A program made the translations under genes and the position numbers. Shown in pieces: positions 1 to 11,221 of a stretch of DNA of 64,000 nt. The stretch is from NCBI GenBank assembly GCA_026026165.1, contig JAPEUD010000024.1:186001-250000 (forward strand). The letters run 5' to 3'. The notes beneath the pieces were generated by a model. The model saw nothing but the letters and a program-made list of their open reading frames with translations. It searched no databases and had not been told where the DNA came from. The number at the start of each line of letters is the position of its first letter. The stretch's first letter is position 1. This DNA comes from Sarea resinae (Eukaryota).

Positions 1-72
1 CAGTAAGTACCCACCCGCTGAAGCCTGACACGTTATCTACTACGTCCGGTGTCGACGTTCAAAGCCATGCAA

Positions 73-110
73 GCGTGCGTGCGTGCGTGTCTGATACTGG
101 ACCCTCTCTC

Positions 111-144
<34 letters not shown>

Positions 145-180
145 TTCCTTCTTTCCTTCTTTCCTTTTCCCTCGCCCTCC
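73..180. repeat. Compound microsatellite (GCGT)n, (CT)n, (TTCC)n
   Basis: Direct reading of tandem units. Confidence 0.9.
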
Positions 181-647
181 TTCATCGCCCTCCCGCCTCC
201 TTTATGAAGTAGACGATAAGCCAGCAGTCACTAAAGTAGTACAGTATGCTCGGGGCGATAGATATCCGTGCTTGTTGATCGTGCTCGGGGCATTTCTTGC
301 TTGAGTTGTCTCCTAGGTCCCTGTTGCTGCTCGGTCCTGTCATGTCCTGTTTTGTTGATTTGATTTGATTTGATTTCGAGATGGCTTCGTAGACATTGAT
401 GGGATGCTTGGAGCTGAGGCTCGCTAGGCTGGGCGGGTGGGTGGATGGCTGGATGGCTGGGTGTGATTGCTTGATCAGAAAGGGAGATGATCCGGACGGC
501 CTTGTGACAAAGCGGGCCATCGGACGAGGACTAAAGTGTTCAGCTTCAGGAGCGGTGGAATAATAGTCACGGTTGGATCCAGTGAGAAAGAAAGAAAAAG
601 CCGAAGACGGGTGAATGATTGCGGAGAAGAATTGAGTGTTAGGCTGG

Positions 648-2867
648 CTAACATTCTGTGGCACGGTAGCTGGGATGCGCGGTCAAGGGGACGACCTGGG
701 GGTTCATGTTGTAGATGGAATCGGGACACCCGGCAGAAATGCACCTTCCGCCCGCAGCCACGAGTTTGGTAGTGCCGTCTGCAGCTCGGAGGATCATGCT
801 CTGCGGGCCAGGCTGGATTCCGATAAAGGCGCCGTAGTTTAGTCCCGGACTTAGAAAGATAGTGCCTATGGCCGTGCCATTGCTGATGCCTTGGAGCGTC
901 AGCCCTTCTTGGTTCGCGACCACGGCCCAGTTGAGTTGATCCTTTGAGGTGTTGAAGAGGGCGGGCTTCTCGTCTGGGCAGGTCGCGTTTTGCAGGATGG
1001 TCTTGTACCACATGACACCTTCAGCGACGCCCGGAGTAGTCATGCCGCTTGCGAGCGAGCCGGTCTTGAAGGCGTGAATGAAAGACCGGATAAGGCCTCC
1101 CCAGCCATTGTGAGGTGCCGTGGCTTGAGTGGCGTAGAGTGCGGGCTGGCTATCGGTGTTCTGTTCCGGCCAGATATTACCGATGTAATGGCTCTCCGGT
1201 CCATCATTCTGTTTCCAATGGTTACTCTTAGGACATTCTAATAGGGAACGGCGTCGACGAACCCACGAGATCACCTCCACAAATTCTGGCTGTGGAGACA
1301 TGTGGAGAATCTTGGCCATCCTCCTCGGAAGATTCAGCTCTCCGCCCCGGTATACATTGGCACCGTACTAGATATCGTCAGTTGCCTTTTTATGCACAAA
1401 CGCTCCTGGCACTCACAGAATTCTTATATTGAAGGGCGCTCAAAGCTGCGAAGCCGTCAGTAGGAATGTAAAACGAGATTATAGATACTTACGCATCATG
1501 TATGTTTTATTGCGGCTTGCTGTCCCATTAATAACGGTCAGATCAGGACTTATATCGCCAGGATACAGTCCACCGAGCCCTGCCAGAGACGGCCAAGCGG
1601 ATTCCCAGCTGAAGAGGCCGTCGACAGTATTTCCCCAATAAGCCCACCAGCCCGGATCGGCCTGGTAATAGCCCTGGGTGCCGTCAAAATCGGGTACGAA
1701 ATAAATGTTCTTAGAGAGGCTTTGCTTGAAGTTGTCCCATTGATCGCTCGTGAGACCGCCGTCACTATACGTGCTGACAAGGGGGAAACCATTGGGGCCT
1801 TTGTACCACACATCATGGCCAAGATATCTTTCGAGAAGGGAGACATAGTCGTTGGGCCCCTTTCCAGAGGCAAGTGAAGCACTGACATCCATGCTGACAA
1901 AGAGTTTGAATCTTGGGTATCTGAAGCTCGTATAATTGAACAGGATGTCGAGCGTTTTCGAGACGAATGGTTGCGTAGGGTCTCCAATGTTTAAAGCAAA
2001 ACCATCAAAACCCATAGCTACGGCGTCATCAACATCTGTCTGAGCGTGATCCACATCTACAGTGCCAACCTATTTGTCGAATGCAGTTTAGCAAGCTCCA
2101 AACATAATGTTATTCAGGGGCTAGTTTACCATGTAATGGGCAAAGACGGCTTTCGACCGCCGATGTTGCGCTTGGCTACTATTTGACATATTGGGGCTGA
2201 GTGGCGCAGAAGAACTCGAGATGCTGACCTTGGTTGCCGCAGTTTCGTATGGTGGCATACGGGGAGCAATTGGCCATCGCGTACTGGAGCTCTTGGCTGA
2301 CTCTTTCGAGGTGCTGTCTGGGAACAGAGTGGTTGTACTGTTTAGCCGAGTTGAACCAGAGGAAAGACGTGGGGAAAGGTGCGGTGACAGAACGTGGGAG
2401 ATGTTCGCCTGGCTTGTTGTTGCACTAACGAGCGATGCGCTTGATACAGGCGACAACGAAGCTGACAATGTTATAGCGACAGATATGTTCATAAGCTTCC
2501 TGACCGTTGCATCAAGGACCGAGGAATCGTGCCGGAAAGAGTCGGAAATGGAATCCTCCTCGTCGGTTTTGCTCCACCCGTTGGATGGTGAAGCAGCACC
2601 AGACGGCAAGAGGGTAGCGGACGCAAGTCCAGCATGCGACGAAGGATGGTGGAAGGAAGAATACAGCCATGGACATGGCGATGGGGATGTAGCTGGACTC
2701 GAAGAGGACGACAAATGAATGTCCCAGTTGCTAGGCTGTTCTTTGCCAGCGAAGGATATAGTACTAGAATGGAATGAAAGAGTGGTCGACGTGTTGGCAA
2801 GTTCTGCGCCAGTGCCATTGATGGAGAACGCGGAAGCAAGCGCAAGGGCAAAAATGAGAACGCGCAT
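648..2867 (-). CDS. GH71 alpha-1,3-glucanase (mutanase/Agn-like) with signal peptide and long Ser/Thr-rich N-terminal region; about 4 exons
   Basis: Signal peptide MRVLIFALALASAFS at ATG 2867; GH71 motifs AVFAHYMVG, FDGFALNIG, DGLFSWESAWP, EVISW...ESHYIG across ORFs 2121-2924, 1479-2054, 648-1319; GT..AG introns near 2130-2071, 1491-1448, 1417-1368. Confidence 0.9.
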
Positions 2868-5702
2868 TGCTGACCCGAATTGCGTCGACAGAGAATATGA
2901 ATGACAGAAAGAGGGAATCCGCAACTATTTCAAGTGAGTGTATAGCCCCATCTTCCAGGGCGATTGATGAGCCAGAACTGCACGAAAGGGGCGCCCTCTG
3001 ATGTGCCGTCCTAGCTGCAAGGCTCCTTCCCCAAGGGGTGCGTTGAAATGAGAATAATTTTAGCATCACGGCGACAAGAGACATGGCTTTTCGGGCTTCA
3101 TTGTCAAGTATGGCCCTTCAAGAGGACAGGACTTTGTCGATTCAGGACGTCTATCGCTGGTCATGGCACACGTCGAAGTCGTGGTTGAGATTATGGTACA
3201 AAGGGCTGGAAGCCCGACTTAGAAGGTGGCCGCCGCCCCTCCTTGCCTTAGAGTCTTAGACATGAGGAATTTCCCTCGAGGGACGTGGATTTCCCCTCAT
3301 CCCCCCGAAGCGAGGACCAGACCGTCATTCCCCACCTGCGGGGCCATTCCATATGTGCAACTCTTCCTATGCTCTGTCGCGTTTCCACGTGGAAACGCGG
3401 CTGAGATAGTTTGATTTCATCACCACAGTGGCTGTTTGTCTCTCATGTGATCAGCAAGCTCAACGAGAGAGACCATATCGACTGCTTTCCGGTCAGGCAT
3501 CACCGGATCAAGCCGGATCATTGGAGCTGAAGGACTAAAGAAGCTGTTGAATGACCGGATCAGATTACCTGTGTCTTTGTGGGCAGGTTCCGTTTGGAAG
3601 TTGGATCTGCTCGTCGAGTCTGATCTCAAATATACTAAGCATTTAATGCGGGACGGTCACAGGCGCAGTCCTTGATATCACGATTGATGTTTACTGCATG
3701 TATCGACACCAAGCAGCTAAATACAGAGGATCGCTCAGCGAATTTCGATTCTAGGGTTTGTCTAGATAGACCGCGGACCACCAATTGCCGAGCAGTTTTA
3801 ACTGCTTTACTCTTCCCCAAAATAGTGGGCAAGATGTCCGATGCGGAAGTGGTTGAATATGTAAACAATTTTGCAAAAACATTCCGCCTGGTATTTTCTC
3901 GAGATTGGCAGCTCCATCACGCCTTGAGTGTCACGATCCTCACTAAGCCAGGGCGGGCGTGGCGAGGCTTCCCATATGCCGGGAAAAGTTCTAGATGTCA
4001 GGGGAGCCAAGCCACGTGCTGCATTTGACTCGAGAAGGCGGCCCTTTGATCTTCGACTGCTGTTCTCGGTCCGGAGGGTTGACGATTGTTCCGTGAGTTG
4101 AGATCGAAACTAGCTCAGCCATGGAACATAGGACGGTTCCGTCTCATTGAATCTATCGAGGGGTTCCTGTACGCAAGAATATATGAGCCGTCGGATGATG
4201 CAAGCTGACATGACCAGACTGTGGACTCGTTATACTGGGAACGGTATTGCGGACGAAAACACCGTCGCGACAGCATGGCCACGTCTGAGAGGTTTGGCAA
4301 ATTCGCTGAGAGGGTCAAGCGCAATGGATGTGAAGGAGGCAGGTTGTACGTGGGCGATAGCGCGAGCAATTTGATGAAGTTGCATGCATAAGAGCTATCT
4401 TTCGCATGTCAGCGGGATGCTGCTGAATCAAGCAAGTCACGGCAGGTGATTCGCGATCTAGATTCGACGCTTTGGACGGTCAGGACTGAATTCGACGATG
4501 ATTCATAGGGTCTCCGATCATTCACAGGATCTCAGCAGGAAGCGCTGAGAATGCGAGAATGGATCCACAAATTGTTGCCGTATCGGGAGGTAGGTACCCT
4601 ATATATCAGAATCAAGTGACAATCTCTTCGGCATCATCTACGACAAGTGTTTGAAGTGCTCTTGCTTCGAGTATCATCAGAGTCGACTATTGTGATACAT
4701 TGTAGCTCGCTTCCTTGTCGGCGTCGAAACAGTTCGTCGTCTCGACTCCGCTCTCAGATAGCCTACTGCGGCACACCAATCGATGCGCTGGTGTATAGCG
4801 TTCACCTCTTTAAAGGCCTCGTTCCTTGCTTCATTTGAGAGCATCTACCTTCCATCCGGCCTACTCTGAAGTGAAGCGGATCGCAGAGCGATCGAGTCGA
4901 TGATGAAGGATCTTGGCCTCAGCCCACCGAAGGGTGGACTACGACGATAAGGAAAGTGCAAGTACTCCAGAGTATCGTCGATGTGACCTTGGGCAGGTAC
5001 CGCAGTAGGGCATCCATGTCTGAGCGCCGTACCCGATGAGCTATTCGCCTTCGCCACACGACGGCGTCCATCAGGGGTCCGGCCGTACCTCTGGAGTACT
5101 CGGCCTGCCAGTTGCAGCGGTTTCGGGACTTGTGCACTACTGATGGAAGGGGCTAAAAATAGGGTGCACGCCCGGGTACCTGCCTCCAGTAGCCTGAGTT
5201 GATCTCTCGCAGGACGCGCAATGCCGGTCTTCAATCAATGGCCTGTCGGTCTAGAAACAGCGTCCGTCTCTCTACGGAGTACTACGTAGTAGGAGTATGT
5301 GGTGTTTCCCCTGGATCCAACAGGGAACCTTGCTACGTACCTTAGTAGTTAGTGGAAATGGATTGATCAATCCCTGGCACCAAGTGGCCTTCTCCCGAGA
5401 TGGAGGCTGTGCTGGCTCCGACTACATAGAGCAGGCGGCGTCATCTTCCACGCGTAATTCTTTGGCCGTATTCTGTGTTCTGTGCTTCTTTCATCATCAT
5501 CAATCCATTCATATCGTCGTCTTTCCTTCAGTCTTCATACCGTCGTTTCAGTCCGTCGTTTCTTCGCTTCTCCTTCGTTCCTGACGAGTTGCTTGCTAGG
5601 TCCTTCTTCACTTGAGATATCCGTGCTTCTTTCTTATAGACATTCACTTGACTGATCCAATTTCAATCGTCGATCCACTCGATTCTCACATTTCTATCCG
5701 AC

Positions 5703-6976
5703 ATGTTCGCACATTCGCTTGCAGGATTGTGCCTCATCGCCGGCATCTTTGCCCCCGTATCTTATGCACAAACATCCTCTTCGTGTAATCCGACAGAGAA
5801 AAGTAAGCAGGCATTACCTTCCCCCCCAAAAAGGCAGACGTCCTTCGAGGTGTTCTAGCACCGTGCTGACTGTATACCTTTGCAGCCGGCTGTCCCGCGG
5901 ACACAGCTCTCTCCACTCGTTCCTTTTCTTCAGACTTCACCTCCGGCTCTCTAGGCTCAAGTTGGAACACCACAGCCGGGAAAGTCACCTTCGGATCCGA
6001 TGGCGCCGAGTTCACCGTGGCTCAACAAGGCGACGCGCCGACCATCGAAACCGACTTCTACTTCTTTTTTGGCACGGTCGAGACGGTCGTCAAGGCTGCG
6101 CCGGGGAAGGGAATTGTCAGTAGTGTAGTCTTGGAATCGGACGACCTCGACGAAGTCGACTGGGTAAGTCATGCGTGCAAAGAGCGATGACATCTTGTCC
6201 GCTTCAAACTGCTATTGGGGAAGTCACAATACTAATATGGATATCGCAAAACCCAGGAGTTCACCGGTACCAACACTAGCTCCTGCGAGACGAATTACTT
6301 CGGCAAAGGCAACACTGCCAACTATGACCGCAGCATCTACTATCCGGTTACCACCCCTCAAGACTCCTTCCACACGTACACCGTCAACTGGACCACATCC
6401 TCCATCACCTGGAGCATTGATGGCAACGTCGTCCGAACTCTCGCCTCCTCCGCCGCCAATTCAGGCTCGGACTTCCCGCAGACTCCCATGCGCGTCAAGA
6501 TCGGCATCTGGGCCGGAGGCGATCCAACCAACAGCGAGGGCACAATCGAGTGGGCGGGCGGAGAGACCGACTATTCCAGCGGGCCGTACACAATGTATGT
6601 CAAGAGTGTAAAGATCGAGAATTCCTCTCCCGCGAACAAGTACTCCTACAAGGACACCACGGGGGATTGGCAGAGTATCGATGTCGAAGGTGGAAGTGCC
6701 AACTCGGATGCGAGCAGCGCTTCGGCGGCTTCAACTGCTACCAGTGCGTCTGGGAGCACTGCTAGTGGAACCGCCACTTCAGGGTCGGCGGGCGTTTTCG
6801 CGACGATCAGCCATAATGCAACGAACTCATCAACAGGTTCAAAGTCTTCGTCGAGCAACACCTCTGCGGCATCTAGCAGCGCTGCTGTCGCTACGAAGAG
6901 CTCGTCTTCGGCTGCATCTCGTTTGACCGTCGGCGGAATCATGCTGGCATTTCTGCCCCTCTTCTTGGCTCTATAG
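5703..6976 (+). CDS. crh1: GH16 Crh-family chitin transglycosylase, probably GPI-anchored; 3 exons
   Basis: Signal peptide then QTSSSCNPT; LESDDLDEVDW|EF catalytic motif spanning intron; FHTYTVNWT, FPQTPMRVKIGIWAGGD, GTIEWAGGETDY; Ser-rich stalk and hydrophobic C-terminus. Confidence 0.92.
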
Positions 6977-7856
6977 ACTACGAGGCCTCGAGCCTTTTGT
7001 ATTTACTGTTGTATAGGTAGATCATCAATGTTTTGTCGACACCGCTCTCAAACACGGGCAATCACATAAGCTCTGCCGTGGTCCACTTCTCTGACTGTAA
7101 CCTCTCAGACACCTTCTGCTGCCCGTGAACAATCCAATGTTGTGATATCTCTTATCAGTTTTGCTGCTCGTACTGAATCGGTATTGAAGATACGCTTGCT
7201 GGTCAGCCTCACACAATTCTCGTCTCTGGCATCTCCTGTTGCCTCTTTCTCTCCCAAATATAAGCGATCGCTATAGTATTACAGAGCGGAACCAAGTATT
7301 TTTACTTCGTACAGCGGCTTACTATGGGGCATATTGGAAGCTCGCAGGTACTCACGACCTTGCATGATGGACTTCGAGTTCAATATTGACACCTTGATTC
7401 AAAGAATACCATCAACTCCATGCACGAAGGCATTGAAAGCTTTTATTACCTCGAGCAACTCTACTAAAAAGAAGAGATATCAAGGCTTGATCAGGAATAC
7501 TTGGATCTGAATTCATATTCTGTGCCACCAATGGAGACGATGAATCAAAGCAGAACGAGTAAATCGGATTCCCGATCGATGCAGACAATATATCGAGATT
7601 CTCATAGCAAAGGTCTTCTCGAATCTTCCTGCGTTTTTATCGTGCAACCCAAGTGTTTTTCTCAAGAGACCAATGATGCTGTTTGAGACTTTCTCTACGC
7701 GCCCAGCGGCACAGCAAGAATGTCTATGCATTGTCGGACCGCCCTGAGTCATTCGAACCGCCTTGACTCATTGTGAATTCCAACAAGCTCAACACTCTTA
7801 AGAACTCTTCTTGCTCCAGAGCAACTACTTCGTCCCAAATTTCCGCCGTTCGCGCC

Positions 7857-9041
7857 ATGGCCCGCGAGATCAAGGATCCATTCTGGAAACTCCCAGCTGA
7901 GATCATTATAATGATCATCAAACTGAACGCTGACTGCCTCACGCTCCGAAACCTAGACCGAGCATCTCCTGCCGTGGCGCACGCATTTGACCAAGATGGG
8001 GCTTACATCACCGAAGCGGTTCTAGGATCAAGCCTGACGGTGCAGTTCTGCGAACTCGCTCGCGCAATCGCGGTCCTTCGATCTGGTTCCGCCGCTTGTG
8101 ACACGCTTCGGGAGTATATGGATTCCCATGTCTACGACAACGGCCTCTCTGAAATTCCCCGACTTTCAGACAATCTCTCGCCTTCACTCCTGCGCGGTCT
8201 CGTGGAGACGGCCGTCAATATCGAATGCCTTACGTGCCGTTGCCTGCAGCATCTACTCGAGCGAGTCACGAACAAAACGAAGCTAGCACGCCCACATCCC
8301 AAAGGAAATCCATCCGGACGGCCGCCCCGACGAGGTCAAGATGCTCAGCAGCTTAAGGGTACCGGACCACCTTCTTGGGTGGAGAAGCAACGAGTGGCAC
8401 GACCGCTGTGGCGTCTCCAGCTGTTTTTCGACTTGCAGGATGCAGCGCCGGCCCTGACGCATTGGCGGACCGCCGATCGCGAGCGGCTCCGGGCCATGCA
8501 TCCGATGCAGTTCTGGGCCCCCAGACTGAAGGGCAGCGCGGGGAAGAAGCCGCGGCGTGAACTGGACAACCTCACCCATTGGGAGCACGAGGAGATCGCG
8601 TGTGCCTATGATTGCTTGAAGGCCATGGAACTCGATCCCACCCCCCCGTCCCCAAAGCATCCCCTATATCCCAGGCGTCTCTCTCGACTTCCTTGCCCCG
8701 GGCCAGCAACCGAGGCAGCCTGGCCAGCAGCCCCGAGCCCGCGAAACGACCAAGAGGGTCGCGCATGCGGCCAAGATAGCGCTTCTGCGCAAAAGCCAAG
8801 CGCCGGCTTCATTCTCGGTCGGCCAGATAGCACGCTCCATAGCGTAAGGCGTAGCTCGTACACCAGCTGGTTACTTTCTTCGATGCGAGGATCCAAATCG
8901 GACTTTCGAGCCCTGAGGAGAATCGGCTTCGGCGTCTGGGATCTGAAAAGGCTGCTTGAATTGGAATTAGTCTCCTCCCCCAACATCCAGTACCGGCCGA
9001 TGCGTTCGCTCTGGGGACAGCTTGAAGGCAATCGAAGTTAG
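7857..9041 (+). CDS. Hypothetical protein with N-terminal F-box-like motif
   Basis: Intronless ORF of ~394 aa from ATG 7857; DPFWKLPAEIIIMII...LRNLDRASP resembles an F-box; PPSWVEKQRVARPLWRLQLF resembles a segment common in fungal orphan families. Confidence 0.6.
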   Translation: MAREIKDPFWKLPAEIIIMIIKLNADCLTLRNLDRASPAVAHAFDQDGAYITEAVLGSSLTVQFCELARAIAVLRSGSAACDTLREYMDSHVYDNGLSEIPRLSDNLSPSLLRGLVETAVNIECLTCRCLQHLLERVTNKTKLARPHPKGNPSGRPPRRGQDAQQLKGTGPPSWVEKQRVARPLWRLQLFFDLQDAAPALTHWRTADRERLRAMHPMQFWAPRLKGSAGKKPRRELDNLTHWEHEEIACAYDCLKAMELDPTPPSPKHPLYPRRLSRLPCPGPATEAAWPAAPSPRNDQEGRACGQDSASAQKPSAGFILGRPDSTLHSVRRSSYTSWLLSSMRGSKSDFRALRRIGFGVWDLKRLLELELVSSPNIQYRPMRSLWGQLEGNRS

Positions 9042-9599
9042 AGCGTAAGCTATCAGTCCTGTATATCCCCTCTTAAGAGCAGTCCTTGTCGTCCTGTTTC
9101 TACAGATGTGCAACCAGGCTATTCTATTTCGTCGAGATAGATTATCTACCTTACTCTTCCCCCCGCTCTCCACCCCCCTAATAGTGAAGACCCTCTAGAA
9201 CATTTTGCATTCCTCCGTATGAATAATCATCATGGTACTGAGACCGACATGATATCCTACCCGGAGAAATTCCCAATTTCATCCTCCTCTTACACACGCA
9301 GCCTAGGCATACACAGGGTCCGAAACGCGGCTCCTCAAGCCAGTCGGCTCTAATCCCGCAATCAAACGAATCCTAATCCCAAGCCCGATCCCGATCCCGA
9401 TCACATTGCCGCTACAACCGATCCCCACACCAAAACAACAGAGCCCATGGATGCCTTACCTTAGTCTACTCCTACCTAGACCTCGAACTCAAATACCAAA
9501 GGTCGATGGAAAACCAAGCCAATCGAAAACCATTCAAGTCCAGAGATCAGATCAATCGATCATGGAATTCTCGTCATCAGATCCGTCGGTAGCGAAGTC

Positions 9600-10125
9600 G
9601 TCAAGAGATTTGCCATATATAGCAAAGGCTCTTCTATAGTTTGCCGAAGTAGTATCGTTCTTGGCTGTGCTTCAATTTGGCAATTGCCATGCCCTGGGTC
9701 TCCAGCATCTTCTCAATGAAGGCTGTTTGTTTGGTGGAGTCTAGTAATCCTATTCGGTCGATCTCTCCAGCAACCAAGCTAGCGATCTCCCTGGCAAAGG
9801 AACTGGCGATAATTACTGACGATACCCCTGCTAACTACTCACCTGCGGTGGGAGACGACTCAGGACTGCTGGTGGGAATGCCTAATAGAAAAGAGCTTGG
9901 CGGTACAAGTGGTCAATGCAGTCCAAACACTGTTTAGACCGTTTGGACCAATGGCCCGACCGAAGACCGTTACCAGCCCTGGATCCGAAAGCAGTGGGTG
10001 AGCGAACAATACGTGCGTCTTATGAGCTGATTCATTTCTCGCCTGCATGATCTATGCTGATGTCAGTAGTCTGAAAGATTTGTTATGGTCAGCGAACATA
10101 CCCTCTGAGTAAATTTTCAACATCT
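9600..10125 (-). pseudogene. Possible degraded intron-containing gene fragment of unknown family
   Basis: Two intron-like segments on minus strand (GTATGT..CTGAC..CAG ~10101-10056; GTGAGT..CAG ~9842-9791) joining short frames interrupted by stops. Confidence 0.3.
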
Positions 10126-10138
10126 TGATGTATTTCTT

Positions 10139-10251
10139 TATGAATCGCGCTGCTACAAAGTAGGTATATAGGTATAATTTGGACGAGCTGGGTTATAGCA
10201 GTCTCTTCGGCACACGTAGGAACACGGTCTGCCTATTTACTAGACTTGACA
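10139..10251. mobile_element. Degenerate copy 1 of ~112-bp solo-LTR-like element
   Basis: Aligns end-to-end with the copies at 10370 and 11110 (GCGCTGCTA..GTAGG..GGGTTATAG..CGTAGGAAC..TGCCT..GACA); left end and TSD degenerate. Confidence 0.65.
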
Positions 10252-10369
10252 TTTATCGTCGAGCTTGGATTCAGCTTCAAAATTTTCGACGAGAAAATTG
10301 GACGGCCAACTGAGCATTCTTTGTGGTGGAGTGCTGTGAATCATTCAGTCATTTTGATGCTTGCGAGGC

Positions 10370-10483
10370 TGTGAGGAGCGCTGCGCTATATAGTAGGCAA
10401 ACAGGTATTACCCCGACGAGTCGGGTTATAGTAGTCTTTTTGGCATGCGTAGGAACAGGTTTGCCTGGTTACTGGACCTTGCA
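10370..10483. mobile_element. Copy 2 of solo-LTR-like element (114 bp) with 5-bp TSD GAGGC
   Basis: Starts TGTGAGG, ends CCTTGCA; GAGGC at 10365-10369 and 10484-10488. Confidence 0.8.
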
Positions 10484-11109
10484 GAGGCGTACTTTGGTCT
10501 CATTGCTGCTAGTTTTTCCACAAGATCATCGACGAGGTTGGCTTTCATTAATATCATTCGCCGAAGGTCCGCTTTTCGCTATTTTGTTTCGTTTTGCTCC
10601 CATCGTTGTTCGTTTTCGCGCCAAGCTTCGCTGTTCTCCTGAAATTCCTGATTTTGTTCATGATCTTTCGTTTTTGAATCGCAAGTGCTGACTCCTAGCC
10701 GTCTAGACGTTCAGTCAAATTCTCGAACTATCTGAACCAAAAGGAAGCGTTCCCTTAAGGAGCTTTTGTATGTTCAGGTACATATTGGATTTCGACACAA
10801 GTTATCAACGTTATCGACCAAGACGGCAGCATTATTTTTTTGCGGATCGTCCGGGGGGGGGGGGGCCCTGTGACCCGTTCGTGGTAGGCGAATATAGTGG
10901 TGTCTGATGGTGATGCGCGGGAATCGAGACGGGTTCTTTTCCTATTTCCGTGCTGACCTTTTGCTTAATCGGAGAAGACATGGCAATCAAGAAGGGATTC
11001 GGTGATAAATCAGAGAGAGAAGTACCCCGACGAGGTGGAGGTTGCTCGGCCATCATGTCAGGCATTATGGCGATGAGGAGAAAAGAGAAGAGGGTAGAGA
11101 AGGGGCGCG

Positions 11110-11221
11110 TGTAAGGTGCGCTGCTATATAGTAGGCAAATAGGTATAAGCCGGATGGGCCGGGTTATAGTAGTCTTTTTGGCGCACGTAGGAACTGGTTT
11201 GCCTATTGACTGTACCTTACA
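11110..11221. mobile_element. Copy 3 of solo-LTR-like element (112 bp) with 5-bp TSD GCGCG
   Basis: Starts TGTAAGGT, ends ACCTTACA (perfect 8-bp terminal inverted repeat); GCGCG at 11105-11109 and 11222-11226. Confidence 0.85.

Noticed and set aside
182..664. 160-aa minus-strand ORF
   Set aside because: Runs through microsatellites in the GH71 3' region; no recognisable motif.
3000..5600. Short ORFs in the GH71/Crh intergenic region
   Set aside because: All under 130 aa, no consistent splice pattern or recognisable domain.
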